Assembly (NCBI GenBank): GCA_965277715.1
Contig: OZ255836.1
Span: 416,001-480,000 of the forward strand
Origin: Gammaproteobacteria bacterium
GTDB lineage: Bacteria; Pseudomonadota; Gammaproteobacteria; JBCCGL01
Direction of reading: 5' to 3'
DNA length: 64,000 nt
The notes beneath the pieces were generated by a model. The model searched no databases, was not told the DNA's origin, and worked only from the letters and a program-made list of their open reading frames with translations. The stretch's first letter is position 1. Each line of letters begins with the position of its first letter. Of this stretch, positions 11,715-22,255 are shown piece after piece. A program made the translations under genes and the position numbers.

Positions 11715-13103
11715 ATGAGTAACAAACCAGGCAGAAAAATAGCGTGGCTTATGGCGCTTATATGTTTCTTTCTGGGGGCATTACTATTAATCGTGGCGCC
11801 TTTTTTTACGGGTATTTGGGTTGAAAAAAATATCCGCCAGCAGATTGCTGCGCTTAATCAATCGTCGCCATTGGCCATTTCGATTAATTATTACCAACGG
11901 AGTTGGTGGAACAGTGTGGTATTTTCCAGTGTGGCACTCCCATCGCTAAATTTAACCTTTAACTTTTTGCATGAAATTCAACACGGCCCTATAAACAGCA
12001 GGCACTTTGCTGAAAATACACCCTTGTTTTTCTTGGCTGGCGTTTATAGCCAGGCTGTCTTACAGCAACAAACAACAGCGCAACCCACCACCCCTTTACT
12101 GTTCTCATCGATTGCGTTCAACGGTGATATTGAATCATCGGCGATACCCACTGATAAACAATTATTAATTGATGATACTGCTGATTTATCGATAAATGTA
12201 GATCTGGTGTATGCGCAAGCACGCAATCAACGACAATCTCAGCTAATTAAAATACGTGCGCAAATGAACGGGTTAAGTATTCTTACCAATAGCGCTGAAA
12301 TTGAAAACAGCAACGTATCTTTTAGCATTGATCGGGAGCAAAAAGATAAGCGTTTAATAAGCGAGTTGAAATTGAAAATTGAGCAACTTGACTACAACAG
12401 CAGTGGGTTGCAGTTGTCATTTTCTGATAATGTGATAGAAACCCATTTTCATGTCAATAATGCACAATCAGAAATACAACTGATAGGCACAACGGGATTA
12501 CTTGAAGGGCTGGCGTCGTCTTTTACCGATATAGAGTACCACCTGATGATCAGCCAACTCTCACCCGGTCTGTCTGAGTGGAATAAGAACACACGATCTT
12601 TCAGCGAGTTTTTTGCAGGCAGTAAAAATGGGGCGCAGTCGGGTAAACCTGTTTATGAACAATGGATAATGAGCCTGCCACCCGGCATCAAAATCCAATT
12701 GAGCAACCTGTCGTTCAAATATCAGGGGCGGGAAATGAAGCTCTGGGTTGAAGCGACGATACCCGCAGCACCCGACGATGGTGCGTTGGATTTTGTGGGC
12801 CGTTTACACGCAATCACACTGCAGGCGAGATGGACAGTTGACGAATCAATTATCTTCGATCTTATGGAAAGCCGCACCCGCGATGTTATAAATCGAACGG
12901 ATGAATTTGGTCAAATGGAAAAATTTAGCGATGCCGAAGCGGCACCCCTGGTCGTGGGGTCGGTGGAATCACAGTTAAAAATATTGCTCAGAGAAGGTTA
13001 TCTGGATTTCCATAACGGTTTTTACTCTGCGCATCTATCGGTGCAGGATGGCCGTGTAAGCATTAATGGAAAACCCTTTCTTTTGGGTGTTGGAAAACAA
13101 TAG
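11715..13103 (+). CDS. YdgA/DUF945-like membrane-anchored protein
   Basis: N-terminal TM with PFFTG, YQRSWWNS, HEIQHGP and C-terminal INGKP resemble YdgA-family hallmarks. Confidence 0.6.
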   Translation: MSNKPGRKIAWLMALICFFLGALLLIVAPFFTGIWVEKNIRQQIAALNQSSPLAISINYYQRSWWNSVVFSSVALPSLNLTFNFLHEIQHGPINSRHFAENTPLFFLAGVYSQAVLQQQTTAQPTTPLLFSSIAFNGDIESSAIPTDKQLLIDDTADLSINVDLVYAQARNQRQSQLIKIRAQMNGLSILTNSAEIENSNVSFSIDREQKDKRLISELKLKIEQLDYNSSGLQLSFSDNVIETHFHVNNAQSEIQLIGTTGLLEGLASSFTDIEYHLMISQLSPGLSEWNKNTRSFSEFFAGSKNGAQSGKPVYEQWIMSLPPGIKIQLSNLSFKYQGREMKLWVEATIPAAPDDGALDFVGRLHAITLQARWTVDESIIFDLMESRTRDVINRTDEFGQMEKFSDAEAAPLVVGSVESQLKILLREGYLDFHNGFYSAHLSVQDGRVSINGKPFLLGVGKQ

Positions 13104-13230
13104 ATTTACGCACATTTTGTGTGGGCACTTGATGACGTGGCATTATCCGTTGGGGTTTTGCTACGCTTTCATGCGATAATCTCCAACAGTTAATTCTTTC
13201 TCTCACGTGCTTTCCACAGTAAACCTTTCT

Positions 13231-14619
13231 ATGAAACCCGTTTTTGCCCTGGTCGGTCGTCCCAATGTCGGCAAGTCGACCCTGTTTAATAAATTAACCC
13301 GCACACGCGATGCGCTGGTAGCCGATATGCCGGGTCTTACCCGTGATCGGCAGTACGGCGATGGAAAAGTGGGGGAGGGGGAATACATCGTTGTCGATAC
13401 CGGTGGGCTGAGTGGTGAAAAAGAAGCGCTCGACGTCAGCATGGCACGGCAGACACTCACGGCGATTGCCGATGCCGATATTATTTTTTTTATTGTCGAT
13501 GCGCGTGGTGGGCTAAGTCCGGTAGATGCCGACCTGGCGAATGCCATGCGCCGTTTCAACAAACCGATATTGCTGGTTGTCAATAAAGTCGACGGCCTTG
13601 ATGTTGATCGCGCCAGCAGTGATTTTTTTAGTTTGGGGTTCAGTGCCTTAGCGGCGACTTCTGCGGCACACAACCGTGGCATTGTGCAATTGGTTGAGCA
13701 GGCTTTTACCCTGCTGCCAGACGATGACAGTGAGGCAACTGAGGCTGATGAAGACGACGAGCAGCGTGTACGTATCGCTATTGTAGGTCGTCCCAATGCG
13801 GGAAAATCCACGCTGATTAACCGCCTGGTGGGTGAGGAACGCGTTGTCGCCAGCGCGCTGCCCGGCACGACGCGGGACAGTGTCAACGTGCCCTTTGAAC
13901 GCGATAAAGTGCTGTATACCCTGATTGATACAGCGGGGGTGCGCCGTCGTGGCAAGGTCAGAGAGACGGTGGAAAAATTTAGTGTAATTAAGACGTTACA
14001 ATCTATTGAGGCGGCGCATGTTGCCGTATTGATGTTGGATGCCAAAGAGGGTATTGCCGATCAGGATCTGCACTTGCTCGATTATATTATCAGCAGTGGC
14101 CGGGGTTTGGTGATTGCGATTAATAAGTGCGATGGGCTGAGCAGTGAAGCCAGGCAGGATATCAAGCACGAAATTGACCGGCGGCTGGCGTTTGCGCAGT
14201 TTGCACGCATCCACTTTATCTCTGCGCTGCAGGGTACCAGCGTCGGTAAGTTGATAAAATCGGTTCACTCGGCGTACCGCTCGTCGATGGTGGATATGTC
14301 GACGCCGGAGCTGACGCGTATGCTTGAGTACGCAGTACAGCAACACCAACCACCGCTGGCAAATGGGCGGCGTATCAAATTGCGCTATGCTCACCAGGGT
14401 GGCTCCAACCCGCCGTTGATCATTATTCACGGCACTAAAACGGATAAAGTGCCTACAAGCTATCAGCGTTATTTGAGTAATTTCTTTATTGATGCACTGA
14501 AACTGCAAGGTACGCCATTGCGTATGGCATTTAAGTCATCAGAAAATCCTTTTAAGGGGCGGCAGGTCGGGCGTTCTGCCAAAGAAGGCCGTGTGCGTGA
14601 GCATCGGCGTAACCGTTAG
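13231..14619 (+). CDS. der: Ribosome biogenesis GTPase Der/EngA
   Basis: Two G-domains (GRPNVGKS, GRPNAGKS), KLRYAHQGG KH-like tail. Confidence 0.97.
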   Translation: MKPVFALVGRPNVGKSTLFNKLTRTRDALVADMPGLTRDRQYGDGKVGEGEYIVVDTGGLSGEKEALDVSMARQTLTAIADADIIFFIVDARGGLSPVDADLANAMRRFNKPILLVVNKVDGLDVDRASSDFFSLGFSALAATSAAHNRGIVQLVEQAFTLLPDDDSEATEADEDDEQRVRIAIVGRPNAGKSTLINRLVGEERVVASALPGTTRDSVNVPFERDKVLYTLIDTAGVRRRGKVRETVEKFSVIKTLQSIEAAHVAVLMLDAKEGIADQDLHLLDYIISSGRGLVIAINKCDGLSSEARQDIKHEIDRRLAFAQFARIHFISALQGTSVGKLIKSVHSAYRSSMVDMSTPELTRMLEYAVQQHQPPLANGRRIKLRYAHQGGSNPPLIIIHGTKTDKVPTSYQRYLSNFFIDALKLQGTPLRMAFKSSENPFKGRQVGRSAKEGRVREHRRNR

Positions 14620-14901
14620 TTCACTGTTGATTTTTAATTGATGGGATTATGTGAGGAATGTAATCGTTGGCGGTTGTAAAAAAACCTCAATGTATTCAAA
14701 AATAGCTTGTCTGACCTCCTCTCGGGTTGACCAGCTTTGCTGGTAAATTAATGCTGTTTTCAGTGTGTGGAAAAAGCTTTCTGCAACACTATTAACACTC
14801 GGGGAACACCAATACTGATCGACAGGTCAACGCAAAGGCAAAAAAGCCAATCCCAGCACGGGTCAGATCAGCAGGGTATTCTCAAGCATAGTAGACTGAG
14901 T

Positions 14902-14943
14902 ATCCCAGCAATTGCCTTTGCGGCTCATACTTTGAATGATCTG
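14902..14943 (-). pseudogene. Tiny IS3-family transposase scrap
   Basis: Minus strand reads QIIQSMSRKGNCWD, the SxxGNCWDN motif of IS3 integrase cores. Confidence 0.55.
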
Positions 14944-15014
14944 GTGACAGAGAGCCGTTATCGAGCGGTACGCAGCATTCGAGAATCACGCCAGTACGCT
15001 GTTACTTCCGCTGG

Positions 15015-15495
15015 TTGGCCCGAGAGAATTATATTCTGTACAACTCGGCGAGTGATTTAGCGTTACCGCGTTTAGGGCAACGGCTACCGAGAACGGTACT
15101 GACACCGAGGGAAGTGGAACAGGTTATGGGGCAAGTGGACGTCAGTACAGCGCAGGGCATCCGAGGTCGAGCGATCCTGGAGACGTTATACAGTACGGGT
15201 TTGCGGTGTTCGGAGTTGGCGAATCTGGGGCTTTGGGATATAGACGCAGCGCGTGGCACGGTATTGGTGAGAGAGGGAAAGGGGAATAAAGACCGTATAG
15301 TGCCGATAGGGGAAAGCGCGTTGTACTGGGTACGTCGTTATCGCGATGAAGTGCGTGCGGGGCTTGTGATTGTTGAGAGAGAGGAAACTTTATTCCTGTC
15401 AGCGTATAGTCGAGGATTTAAAGGGAATGTGCTATCGGCTTTGGTGGGTGGTTATGTTGATTGCGCGAAGTTAGGCAAGCGGGGCAGTTGCCATG
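15015..15495 (+). pseudogene. Truncated XerC/D-like tyrosine recombinase
   Basis: AILETLYSTGLRCSEL, GKGNKDRIVP, ends at GSCH just before HxxRH would complete; cut by IS66 remnant. Confidence 0.85.
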
Positions 15496-15862
15496 TTAGC
15501 AGAGGTAATGCCAGAAATGACGCTACCATTGGCCAGCTTAAAACACAAACCCGGATCACCCCTTTGAGTGTCGGCCACCACGATATTAGCAAAGCCTGCC
15601 AAAGGGGTTTTATTCTGTCTTGATTGAATAGTTTTACGGGAACATTTACGGTGCCAATAGTAAAACTGCTTCAAGTTGATGCCGTTATCCTGGCAAAACT
15701 GCGCACCACTCAAACCGGATGCTTGCCATTGTTCAATTTGATTGCGCCAGTACGACGCACGTTCTTTATTGCTCATATTACACCTAGCGGGTATTGGGTT
15801 GCTGTGGTGCAGTGTGAAGGGCGATCAGAGTAATTGGTAGACGCCTATTCTTTGGCGCTTAC
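15493..15862 (-). mobile_element. IS66 remnant (left end plus truncated tnpA)
   Basis: Near-copy of ~40912-41284, ends in GGCGCTTAC (GTAAGCGCC terminal repeat); tnpA start at 15776. Confidence 0.88.
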
Positions 15863-15937
15863 GTTTGTTCTGAATCATTTTATATTTTCGAATATTGCGA
15901 ATATAATAGCGTTATTCAAAATACTGAGTTCTCCTAT

Positions 15938-16393
15938 ATGAGCACTTCACTCACGATATTACCTTCTCCAGAAGAAGCAGCTTTGGCGCGTAAGAGTAGC
16001 CGTGAACTGTCGGCGTTTTTATCTGCACACAAGCCTATACAGCAACTGAGCATCACCGATACTACGGGGGCGACCCATACCGTAGAGGTACCGGTTACCG
16101 CTTTGCGGCTATTGGTGGAATCGCTGGCCTGTCTAGGCGGTGGTCACGGCGTTAACCTGGCACCGGTCAGTGCAGAACTGACAACCCAGGAGGCGGCGGA
16201 CATTTTACAGATGTCGCGGCCGACCTGTATCAAGTTATTGGAAACAGGCGCTATAGCGTATCACCGGGTCGGTAACCGGCGTAAGGTACGCTATGCGGAT
16301 GTGGTGGAATATAAGACGACTCAGGAGGCCAAACGCCGGGATGCCTTGGAACAATTATCAGCGCTGGATCAGGAACTGGGTTTGGGGTATTGA
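15938..16393 (+). CDS. Excisionase-like HTH protein (partner of PIN protein)
   Basis: ELTTQEAADILQMSRPTCIKLLETG...HRVGNRRKV, ends DQELGLGY. Confidence 0.85.
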   Translation: MSTSLTILPSPEEAALARKSSRELSAFLSAHKPIQQLSITDTTGATHTVEVPVTALRLLVESLACLGGGHGVNLAPVSAELTTQEAADILQMSRPTCIKLLETGAIAYHRVGNRRKVRYADVVEYKTTQEAKRRDALEQLSALDQELGLGY

Positions 16394-16965
16394 TGTCCGC
16401 ACCGCCCACAGTGGTGTACGACGCCTGTGTGTTATACCCTGCGCCGTTGCGCAGCCTGCTGATGTATATCGCTCTGGCGGGTCTGTGTCGTGCTCGCTGG
16501 ACAGACACCATCCACGAGGAGTGGATACGCAGTGTGCTTAAAAATCGCCCGGATTTACATCGACAACAACTACTTCGGGTACGAGACTTAATGAACCGAC
16601 ATGCCCCGGACGCACTGGTAGAGGGATATGAACCGCACATTTCGACGCTAACCTTACCCGACCCGGAAGACCGGCACGTACTGGCTTGTGCATTACAATC
16701 GGAGGCGGAGTTTATCGTCACCTTTAATGGCAAAGATTTTCCCGCGCAGGCGCTACAACCCCACCACGTTCGAGCCGTGCATCCTGATGATTTTCTGTTG
16801 GATCTTCTGCAGCGCTACACCGATGCAGTCTTAGATGCTGCGCGAGTGCACCGGGCCGGTTTGAAAAATCTGCCGATGGACGGTGAGGCCTACCTGGGTT
16901 GTCTACTAAGACAACGGTTGCCGCAAACCGTTGCCCGGTTGCGGCTCCACGCATCTGCTATATAA
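16393..16965 (+). CDS. PIN-domain (PIN_3-type) protein
   Basis: VVYDACVLY, LPDPEDRHVLACA, IVTFNGKDFP; overlaps the HTH gene stop. Confidence 0.87.
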   Translation: MSAPPTVVYDACVLYPAPLRSLLMYIALAGLCRARWTDTIHEEWIRSVLKNRPDLHRQQLLRVRDLMNRHAPDALVEGYEPHISTLTLPDPEDRHVLACALQSEAEFIVTFNGKDFPAQALQPHHVRAVHPDDFLLDLLQRYTDAVLDAARVHRAGLKNLPMDGEAYLGCLLRQRLPQTVARLRLHASAI

Positions 16966-17017
16966 ATGATAAGCACCACAAGACAAAGGTTTTCATCGAC
17001 ACATTGCCGGAGGGTGT

Positions 17018-17404
17018 TCAAAGGCCGGATACCACAGCCTCAATAGCCGGAATAGCGATATTCCATACCGTTTGACCCGGTGCTACCAAAGGCAAGGTCG
17101 CCGACATCACACTCTCAATCACGGTAGGCGTGTTGTACAACCCCATACCACCGCCCACACCAAGCGCAAACCCCATTAAACTCTGTCGGGCGATACCAGC
17201 CACCAGACCGACAATCACCATCGCCCCGGCGATAATCCGTCCCAGGGTTCCCTGAGTCCAGTCTTTCAAGGTGTTCCATACGGCATCAAAGGCCGTTCCG
17301 CCCGTACCCGCCAGGGCCGGATCGGTTATCAAAAGCCCGATAACACCGATGGCACTAATAAGCACCATTTGCTGAGTGGATAAGGTTACAGGTAATTTCA
17401 TCAT
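17018..17404 (-). CDS. traA: F-type conjugative pilin TraA
   Basis: AGTGGTAFDAVWNTLKDWTQGTLGRII, typical of SXT/IncC pilins. Confidence 0.88.
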   Translation of the reverse strand: MMKLPVTLSTQQMVLISAIGVIGLLITDPALAGTGGTAFDAVWNTLKDWTQGTLGRIIAGAMVIVGLVAGIARQSLMGFALGVGGGMGLYNTPTVIESVMSATLPLVAPGQTVWNIAIPAIEAVVSGL

Positions 17405-17895
17405 TCGCGGTTTTCTCCGTACAGGTTAAGTTCAGGCCGCCGGACGGGTTTATTGTCCGTAACGGCAGGGTTTTGCAAAGGCCGCAACCCCGGCTGGGGA
17501 TTGCGGGATATAGGTTCACCTAAACGCCAACGGCGGGAGGTGATTTCGGTAACGATGGTGCCAGGCAGGTGCAGATCGCCTTGATCATCCTCCCAGGGTA
17601 CGACCCATATCCGCAGGATGCGGGGAACCGTACGTAGCGGCCGGGTTTCCAGTGCTGGCGATGAAACCGTCTCGGATATAGCGATACGCAGTATGACAGC
17701 CGCTTTACGTGCCAACGCGACCATAGCAACATCACTGCCGCTTATCTGCTGATACACGTCCCGCGCCGACTGGCAACGCACCCCGATGGGCAGACCGGAA
17801 CAACCGTATTCGGTGTTACCCACATCCCAGGCGTCGCAACCGCTTAAGCCTCCTAACGGAAGCGCCAAAAACCATAAAAAAACCAAACGGTGCAT
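17401..17895 (-). CDS. traV: Conjugative lipoprotein TraV
   Basis: Lipobox LSGC, YGC...CQSARDVY, PLRTVPRILRIWVVPWED. Confidence 0.85.
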   Translation of the reverse strand: MHRLVFLWFLALPLGGLSGCDAWDVGNTEYGCSGLPIGVRCQSARDVYQQISGSDVAMVALARKAAVILRIAISETVSSPALETRPLRTVPRILRIWVVPWEDDQGDLHLPGTIVTEITSRRWRLGEPISRNPQPGLRPLQNPAVTDNKPVRRPELNLYGENRE

Positions 17896-17968
17896 AGGTA
17901 TACCTCGATAGATATTCAGCATAATGTCAGTTGTAGGCTATCAGCGGTGGGCAAGATGCCATTTTTCG

Positions 17969-19270
17969 TCAACTTTCACGCCCGGTAGGAGGCAAGGCTA
18001 ATGCTGTATCACGGGTAACAACCACCTCCACCCGTCGCGCTGCATCGATCTCAATCACTGGAAACAGCTTTTCCGCTAAATCCAGATAAAGCTGCGCAAC
18101 CCGCTCCAACGCCGTACTGGCACCTTTAATCGAAGCACCTTGTACTGCCTGCGCACTCAATACCTGTTGGTAGCGTTGGGTTTCATCCGCCACACCGGTT
18201 TGAATAACGGGCACGGGATTCACATCAAAAGCCCCGGCCAGTCCCTGTAAAAATCCAGCAGTGAGGGATTTGGCGATCAACTACCCCTGCTTGGTAACCA
18301 ACCGATCTCGCAGACCGGCTTTACCGTCTTCGCCGACCGCATAGCTGTCTAAGCGGGTTTCCATTACCCCACCGTCATCGCGGATACAAGAGAGGGTTTC
18401 CCCGCGCAGATAAGCACGTTCGGAACTTAAGTCGCCATAACCGGCAGCCAGCAAAAAGCAGGCGCGGATATCGGCGCGAAAACGGTTAGGTAGGATGGCG
18501 GCTTGATCCAGACGGATTAATACTGGAAACGGTTCACGCTGGGCAGCGTCGTGGGTAGGCGCGTCGAGGCCGGTAATCAATGCGCCGGAAAGTATACTCC
18601 CGGTGGGTAGATACAGCGGCGGCGGTTCGCTCACCATAACGTCCGACTCCGCTATCGGTTCCGGTTCCGGCTCAATCATCCGTATTGCAGTAGGGGGCGA
18701 TACGCTCGCAGAGGGTTTACCGTCAGGGTAGGGTGGTGTCACCACCGGCAAAGGCGCGGTGGCAAAATACGTGGTCGCCGGGATAGAAACGGTGTCTACC
18801 TCTTCGGATAAAGACGTGAGAGAAAGCGCCATTGGCTTTGTACCTTCGCCCGCTTCCTGTACCAGCATTTCCAGAACAAAGCTCTCCTCCGTAACCGTAG
18901 TACCGGCTGATGATGCCTCCAGTTCGGTACGCAACTGCTGTAACGCATCCTCCCAAGCCGGTGGAACGCCTGCTACGCCATCTTGCCGCCGAGCCTGATC
19001 TACATCACGTCGCAAGGTATCGATTTGCTGTTGCAAGGTGGTGTTTTTGGCATTCAGCATCTTGACCTGGGCGGCCAGACTGTCCACCACGACAGCGCGA
19101 GTATTGGCGTCGGTCAGAATATGCCGGATAGGTTCCGGGGCGCGGCGGTCATTATCATCGCTATCAACTGGCGCGAATAACGCTACCAACACCGCAAATA
19201 CCCCGGCGATTCCGGTCAGCGTCAGCCCCCGCTTAACGGTAGGGTGCAGGGATTCCCAGGCAGTTTGCAT
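17969..19270 (-). pseudogene. traB: TraB pilus assembly protein with in-frame nonsense codon
   Basis: GDLSSERAYLR, GEDGKAGLR, FPVIEIDA; TAG at 18281-18283 splits KQG*LIAKSL in one frame. Confidence 0.87.
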
Positions 19271-20168
19271 TACGGCTGCCCTCCAGGTAACAGTGAGGGC
19301 CGCGTAACGGTAGCGTCCGCCTCTTTTGCCTTACGCATTACGATAAAGACTTCGGTTTGTTCGCCCGGTAAAAGCGTTTCTTTTGGCCAGAATGCACCTG
19401 CCGCCATACTGGGGCTATGACAGGAGACCGCTTTTAGCGCAAGCAACCGTTCGGCAAAGCTGCGGACAACTCCGACATAAGCCGTAAAGTGATGACCAGT
19501 AAGCACTTGACCGCCAGTAAAATCAAACCGGGAACCCGGTTGAAAACAGTGTGGAATATGTTCCCCTGTCTGTACCGGGCGCAGGCCATAACCGGGGGGT
19601 AAGACGTTTAAAGCCAATGCACGAAACAATGCCCGTAGTGTATCTGTGTAAGTATCAGCGGTTTCCCAGCGCGCTGCTTTGGCGGTGGTGATACGTACTG
19701 GCTGATAACCTTCTGCCAGCCGTAAAGTTAGCTCACGTGGCGGTATCCGTTTGGGCACAAGCGTTAATGATAACGCCGGTTGTTCGGTATCGGCCGGGGT
19801 AATATAAAGCGCCACCGGGGTGTCATTATCCGTTGCCAGGTACACCACGTTATCGACGATTTGGGTTTGCGCATCGTTGGTAGTACGAATACGCGGGCCA
19901 TCAAATGGGGTGACAATACGGTTTAAGTGACCGAGGGCAATAGGTGCCAGCTCATTCACACCGGGTATTAATATCAGTGGTGTGGATGCTGCCGACTCTA
20001 CTGAGGTATGGGAGTTGGATACCGTAGCATCCCCTGTGTTCGCTGGACGCATAATATCGGCCGGAACGGCAGGTAACTCGACTTCACCAGCTACCGACAA
20101 TAGAGGCCAGACTAAAAAAAACCTGTAAGCAGCCAGCGACGGATAAAACGGGAAATTACGCTAGGCAT
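19270..20168 (-). pseudogene. traK: TraK; signal peptide out of frame at a T8 tract
   Basis: HLNRIVTPF, LTLVPKRIPPRE; upstream ATG at 20168 joins the ORF only if the T8 run (20114-20121) has one extra T. Confidence 0.75.
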
Positions 20169-20778
20169 CATTTGCCCTCCGTTGCGTTTTAAGGTTCTGT
20201 TGTGCGCGTACTTTTTGTGTACGGGCCTGACCTTCGTAGGTGTCCATCCAGGTCAACAAAGGCCGGTAATGATCGATCTCCAGTACAAACTCGTAGGTGC
20301 GCGTTTGACGCTCGGCGTCCCCGGCAGGCCCAGCGATGCGTGAGTAGCCCGTAATAAAGACTTTGCCGCTCACCGCCTCAAACTGCACCAAACGTGGCTG
20401 AAAACGCAAGGTAATACGATCCTCCCGAATCTGCTGGGCTTGAGATTCCAATACCCGCATCACATCGGCGTAAACCGTGGGTGACAATAAAGGCTCTAAT
20501 GTTTCACGGATAAAACGCAGATTACCGGGGGTTACATTGCCGATCAGTTCCGCCAGACATAGCCCCCAGGCTTCCAGGTACGACTGAGAGGCGTGACTGC
20601 GGGCGACTTCCGCCGAAGCGGACAGGCCCGGCGGTTGTAATACCACCACCGTGTTGCGGGAGAAGGTGGCCACGGCTAGCAGCAGATTGGCTACTACCAG
20701 TATGGCCAATGCAGCCCGCTGCCAGCGGTTTTCCATCAGAACCCCTTGCCAGGTCTGTAAAAAGGCTGCGAGCTTCAT
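20161..20778 (-). CDS. traE: Conjugative protein TraE
   Basis: TVVVLQPP, YLEAWG, GNVTPGN; ATGA overlap with traL. Confidence 0.87.
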   Translation of the reverse strand: MKLAAFLQTWQGVLMENRWQRAALAILVVANLLLAVATFSRNTVVVLQPPGLSASAEVARSHASQSYLEAWGLCLAELIGNVTPGNLRFIRETLEPLLSPTVYADVMRVLESQAQQIREDRITLRFQPRLVQFEAVSGKVFITGYSRIAGPAGDAERQTRTYEFVLEIDHYRPLLTWMDTYEGQARTQKVRAQQNLKTQRRANDA

Positions 20779-21056
20779 GGGAAATATACCCGGATAAACG
20801 GATTGGGAATGGTACGCGCCTTGGTTGGTAACAGACCCGCCCAATAGAGGGCGTGCAATAAATACCCATCGGGATGGCCGTCACGAAAACGGCGGTACAA
20901 GCGGGTCACGGCAAGGCCCAACAAACACAATAAAAGTGCCTGGCCGGTGAGAATGCCGATCACCAGACCGAGCATCAATGGGGCGATTTCATCAGCGCTC
21001 CAGAGTAGAAAATGGGGTGGATCGTCTATATACGACGGGATGGATACCGGCTCCAT
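20775..21056 (-). CDS. traL: Conjugative protein TraL
   Basis: IPSYIDDPPHFLLWSADE...PDGYLLHALYW. Confidence 0.9.
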   Translation of the reverse strand: MEPVSIPSYIDDPPHFLLWSADEIAPLMLGLVIGILTGQALLLCLLGLAVTRLYRRFRDGHPDGYLLHALYWAGLLPTKARTIPNPFIRVYFP

Positions 21057-21229
21057 GTTGACCTCAAGTTAATTAGAGGTGAGTAGGATGCCGCTTTTTG
21101 GGTTTGCTCAGCAGTGGGTTAAGTGCAAGTTTTTGTCACCTTTTGCGGGTTCGGTGCGGACACCGAATTTCGATACATAATTACCATCTGCACCATTAAC
21201 CCCTTTACCTTTAATAACATCCGGGTATA

Positions 21230-22111
21230 TTGGCAAGTATGAATGACAACATCGCCCACCTACCGGAATCCAAACAGGACGAGCTAAGACGTATTGCTGA
21301 AGTAATGCGCAAAGAATGCGATAGCGTGGAAATGGTTGTTCTATTTGGCTCCTATGCGCGTGGCGACTGGAAGGACGGCCCGCACGAACAGGGTCGGGGC
21401 CGATTGGTTATTCATAAAAAAAGTGACTACGATATTCTTGCTATTACCCGCCACGAATACATTGCAAAAGATGTGACGCTTTGGCACAAGATCAAAGATG
21501 AATGCACCAAACTGAACGTCAGCGCCTACGTTCGCATTCTTGCCCGTGATATTGAGTTTATTAATTACAAGCTTCATCAGGGACAGTACTTTTTTACCGA
21601 GATCATACAACAAGGTATCGCGCTTTATAACAGTGGAAATGTAGAGTTGGATGAAAAGCGACCGCTTGATCCTGCTGAGGAAAAGCGGATTATCCAAGAA
21701 GATTTGGATGAGATATTTTCATCAGCTAAAGCTTTTTATGAGGGCTGCGAGTGGAATATGACAAAGGAATATTTCAAGATAGCAGCTTTCAATCTTCATC
21801 AGGCATGCGAACATGCCTACAAAACCATTTTGCTGGTTTTTGCAGGTGAAAGTCCTCAAGAACATCATCTGGATGTTTTGGGTGATATGGCGGCTGACTA
21901 TTGCCCGGAATTGGCAAGTGTACTGCCGAGAGAAAAACCGGAGCAAAAAGCGCTATTCGAGTTATTGGATTATGCATATATTGGCGCTCGTTATGACCGG
22001 AGTTATAAAATTACCCAAGAGCAGTTGTTAGTTTTGATTCCCTGCGTGAAAAAACTGCATGAAGTGGTCGAAAAATGTAGCAGTGAGCGTATGGCGGGTT
22101 TTAAGGATTAA
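21230..22111 (+). CDS. MNT (nucleotidyltransferase)-HEPN fusion protein
   Basis: LFGSYARG...SDYDIL MNT motif; AFNLHQACE...AYIGARY HEPN motifs. Confidence 0.87.
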   Translation: MASMNDNIAHLPESKQDELRRIAEVMRKECDSVEMVVLFGSYARGDWKDGPHEQGRGRLVIHKKSDYDILAITRHEYIAKDVTLWHKIKDECTKLNVSAYVRILARDIEFINYKLHQGQYFFTEIIQQGIALYNSGNVELDEKRPLDPAEEKRIIQEDLDEIFSSAKAFYEGCEWNMTKEYFKIAAFNLHQACEHAYKTILLVFAGESPQEHHLDVLGDMAADYCPELASVLPREKPEQKALFELLDYAYIGARYDRSYKITQEQLLVLIPCVKKLHEVVEKCSSERMAGFKD

Positions 22112-22150
22112 AGAATTGCGAATCTACGCAATGCAAAGTGACTACATTCG

Positions 22151-22213
22151 GCAGAAATGGCTTTGTACCAGGCGAAGCAAAATGGCAGAAACTGCATCCA
22201 TGCGGAGATGAAG
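22151..22213 (+). pseudogene. GGDEF domain C-terminal scrap
   Basis: Reads AEMALYQAKQNGRNCI, matching the ADxALYxAKxxGRN consensus. Confidence 0.6.
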
Positions 22214-22255
22214 GGCATCGCTCACGGAGAATCTACCTTACGCTGAATTCAGGTA

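Noticed and set aside
13203-14508. Long antisense ORFs opposite der (likewise opposite hscA, hisS and the TMADH-like gene)
   Set aside because: Typical antisense shadows of conserved genes with no independent motifs
14767-15060. 97-aa ORF
   Set aside because: Spans a mosaic of remnants, including an IS3 scrap on the other strand; no coherent protein
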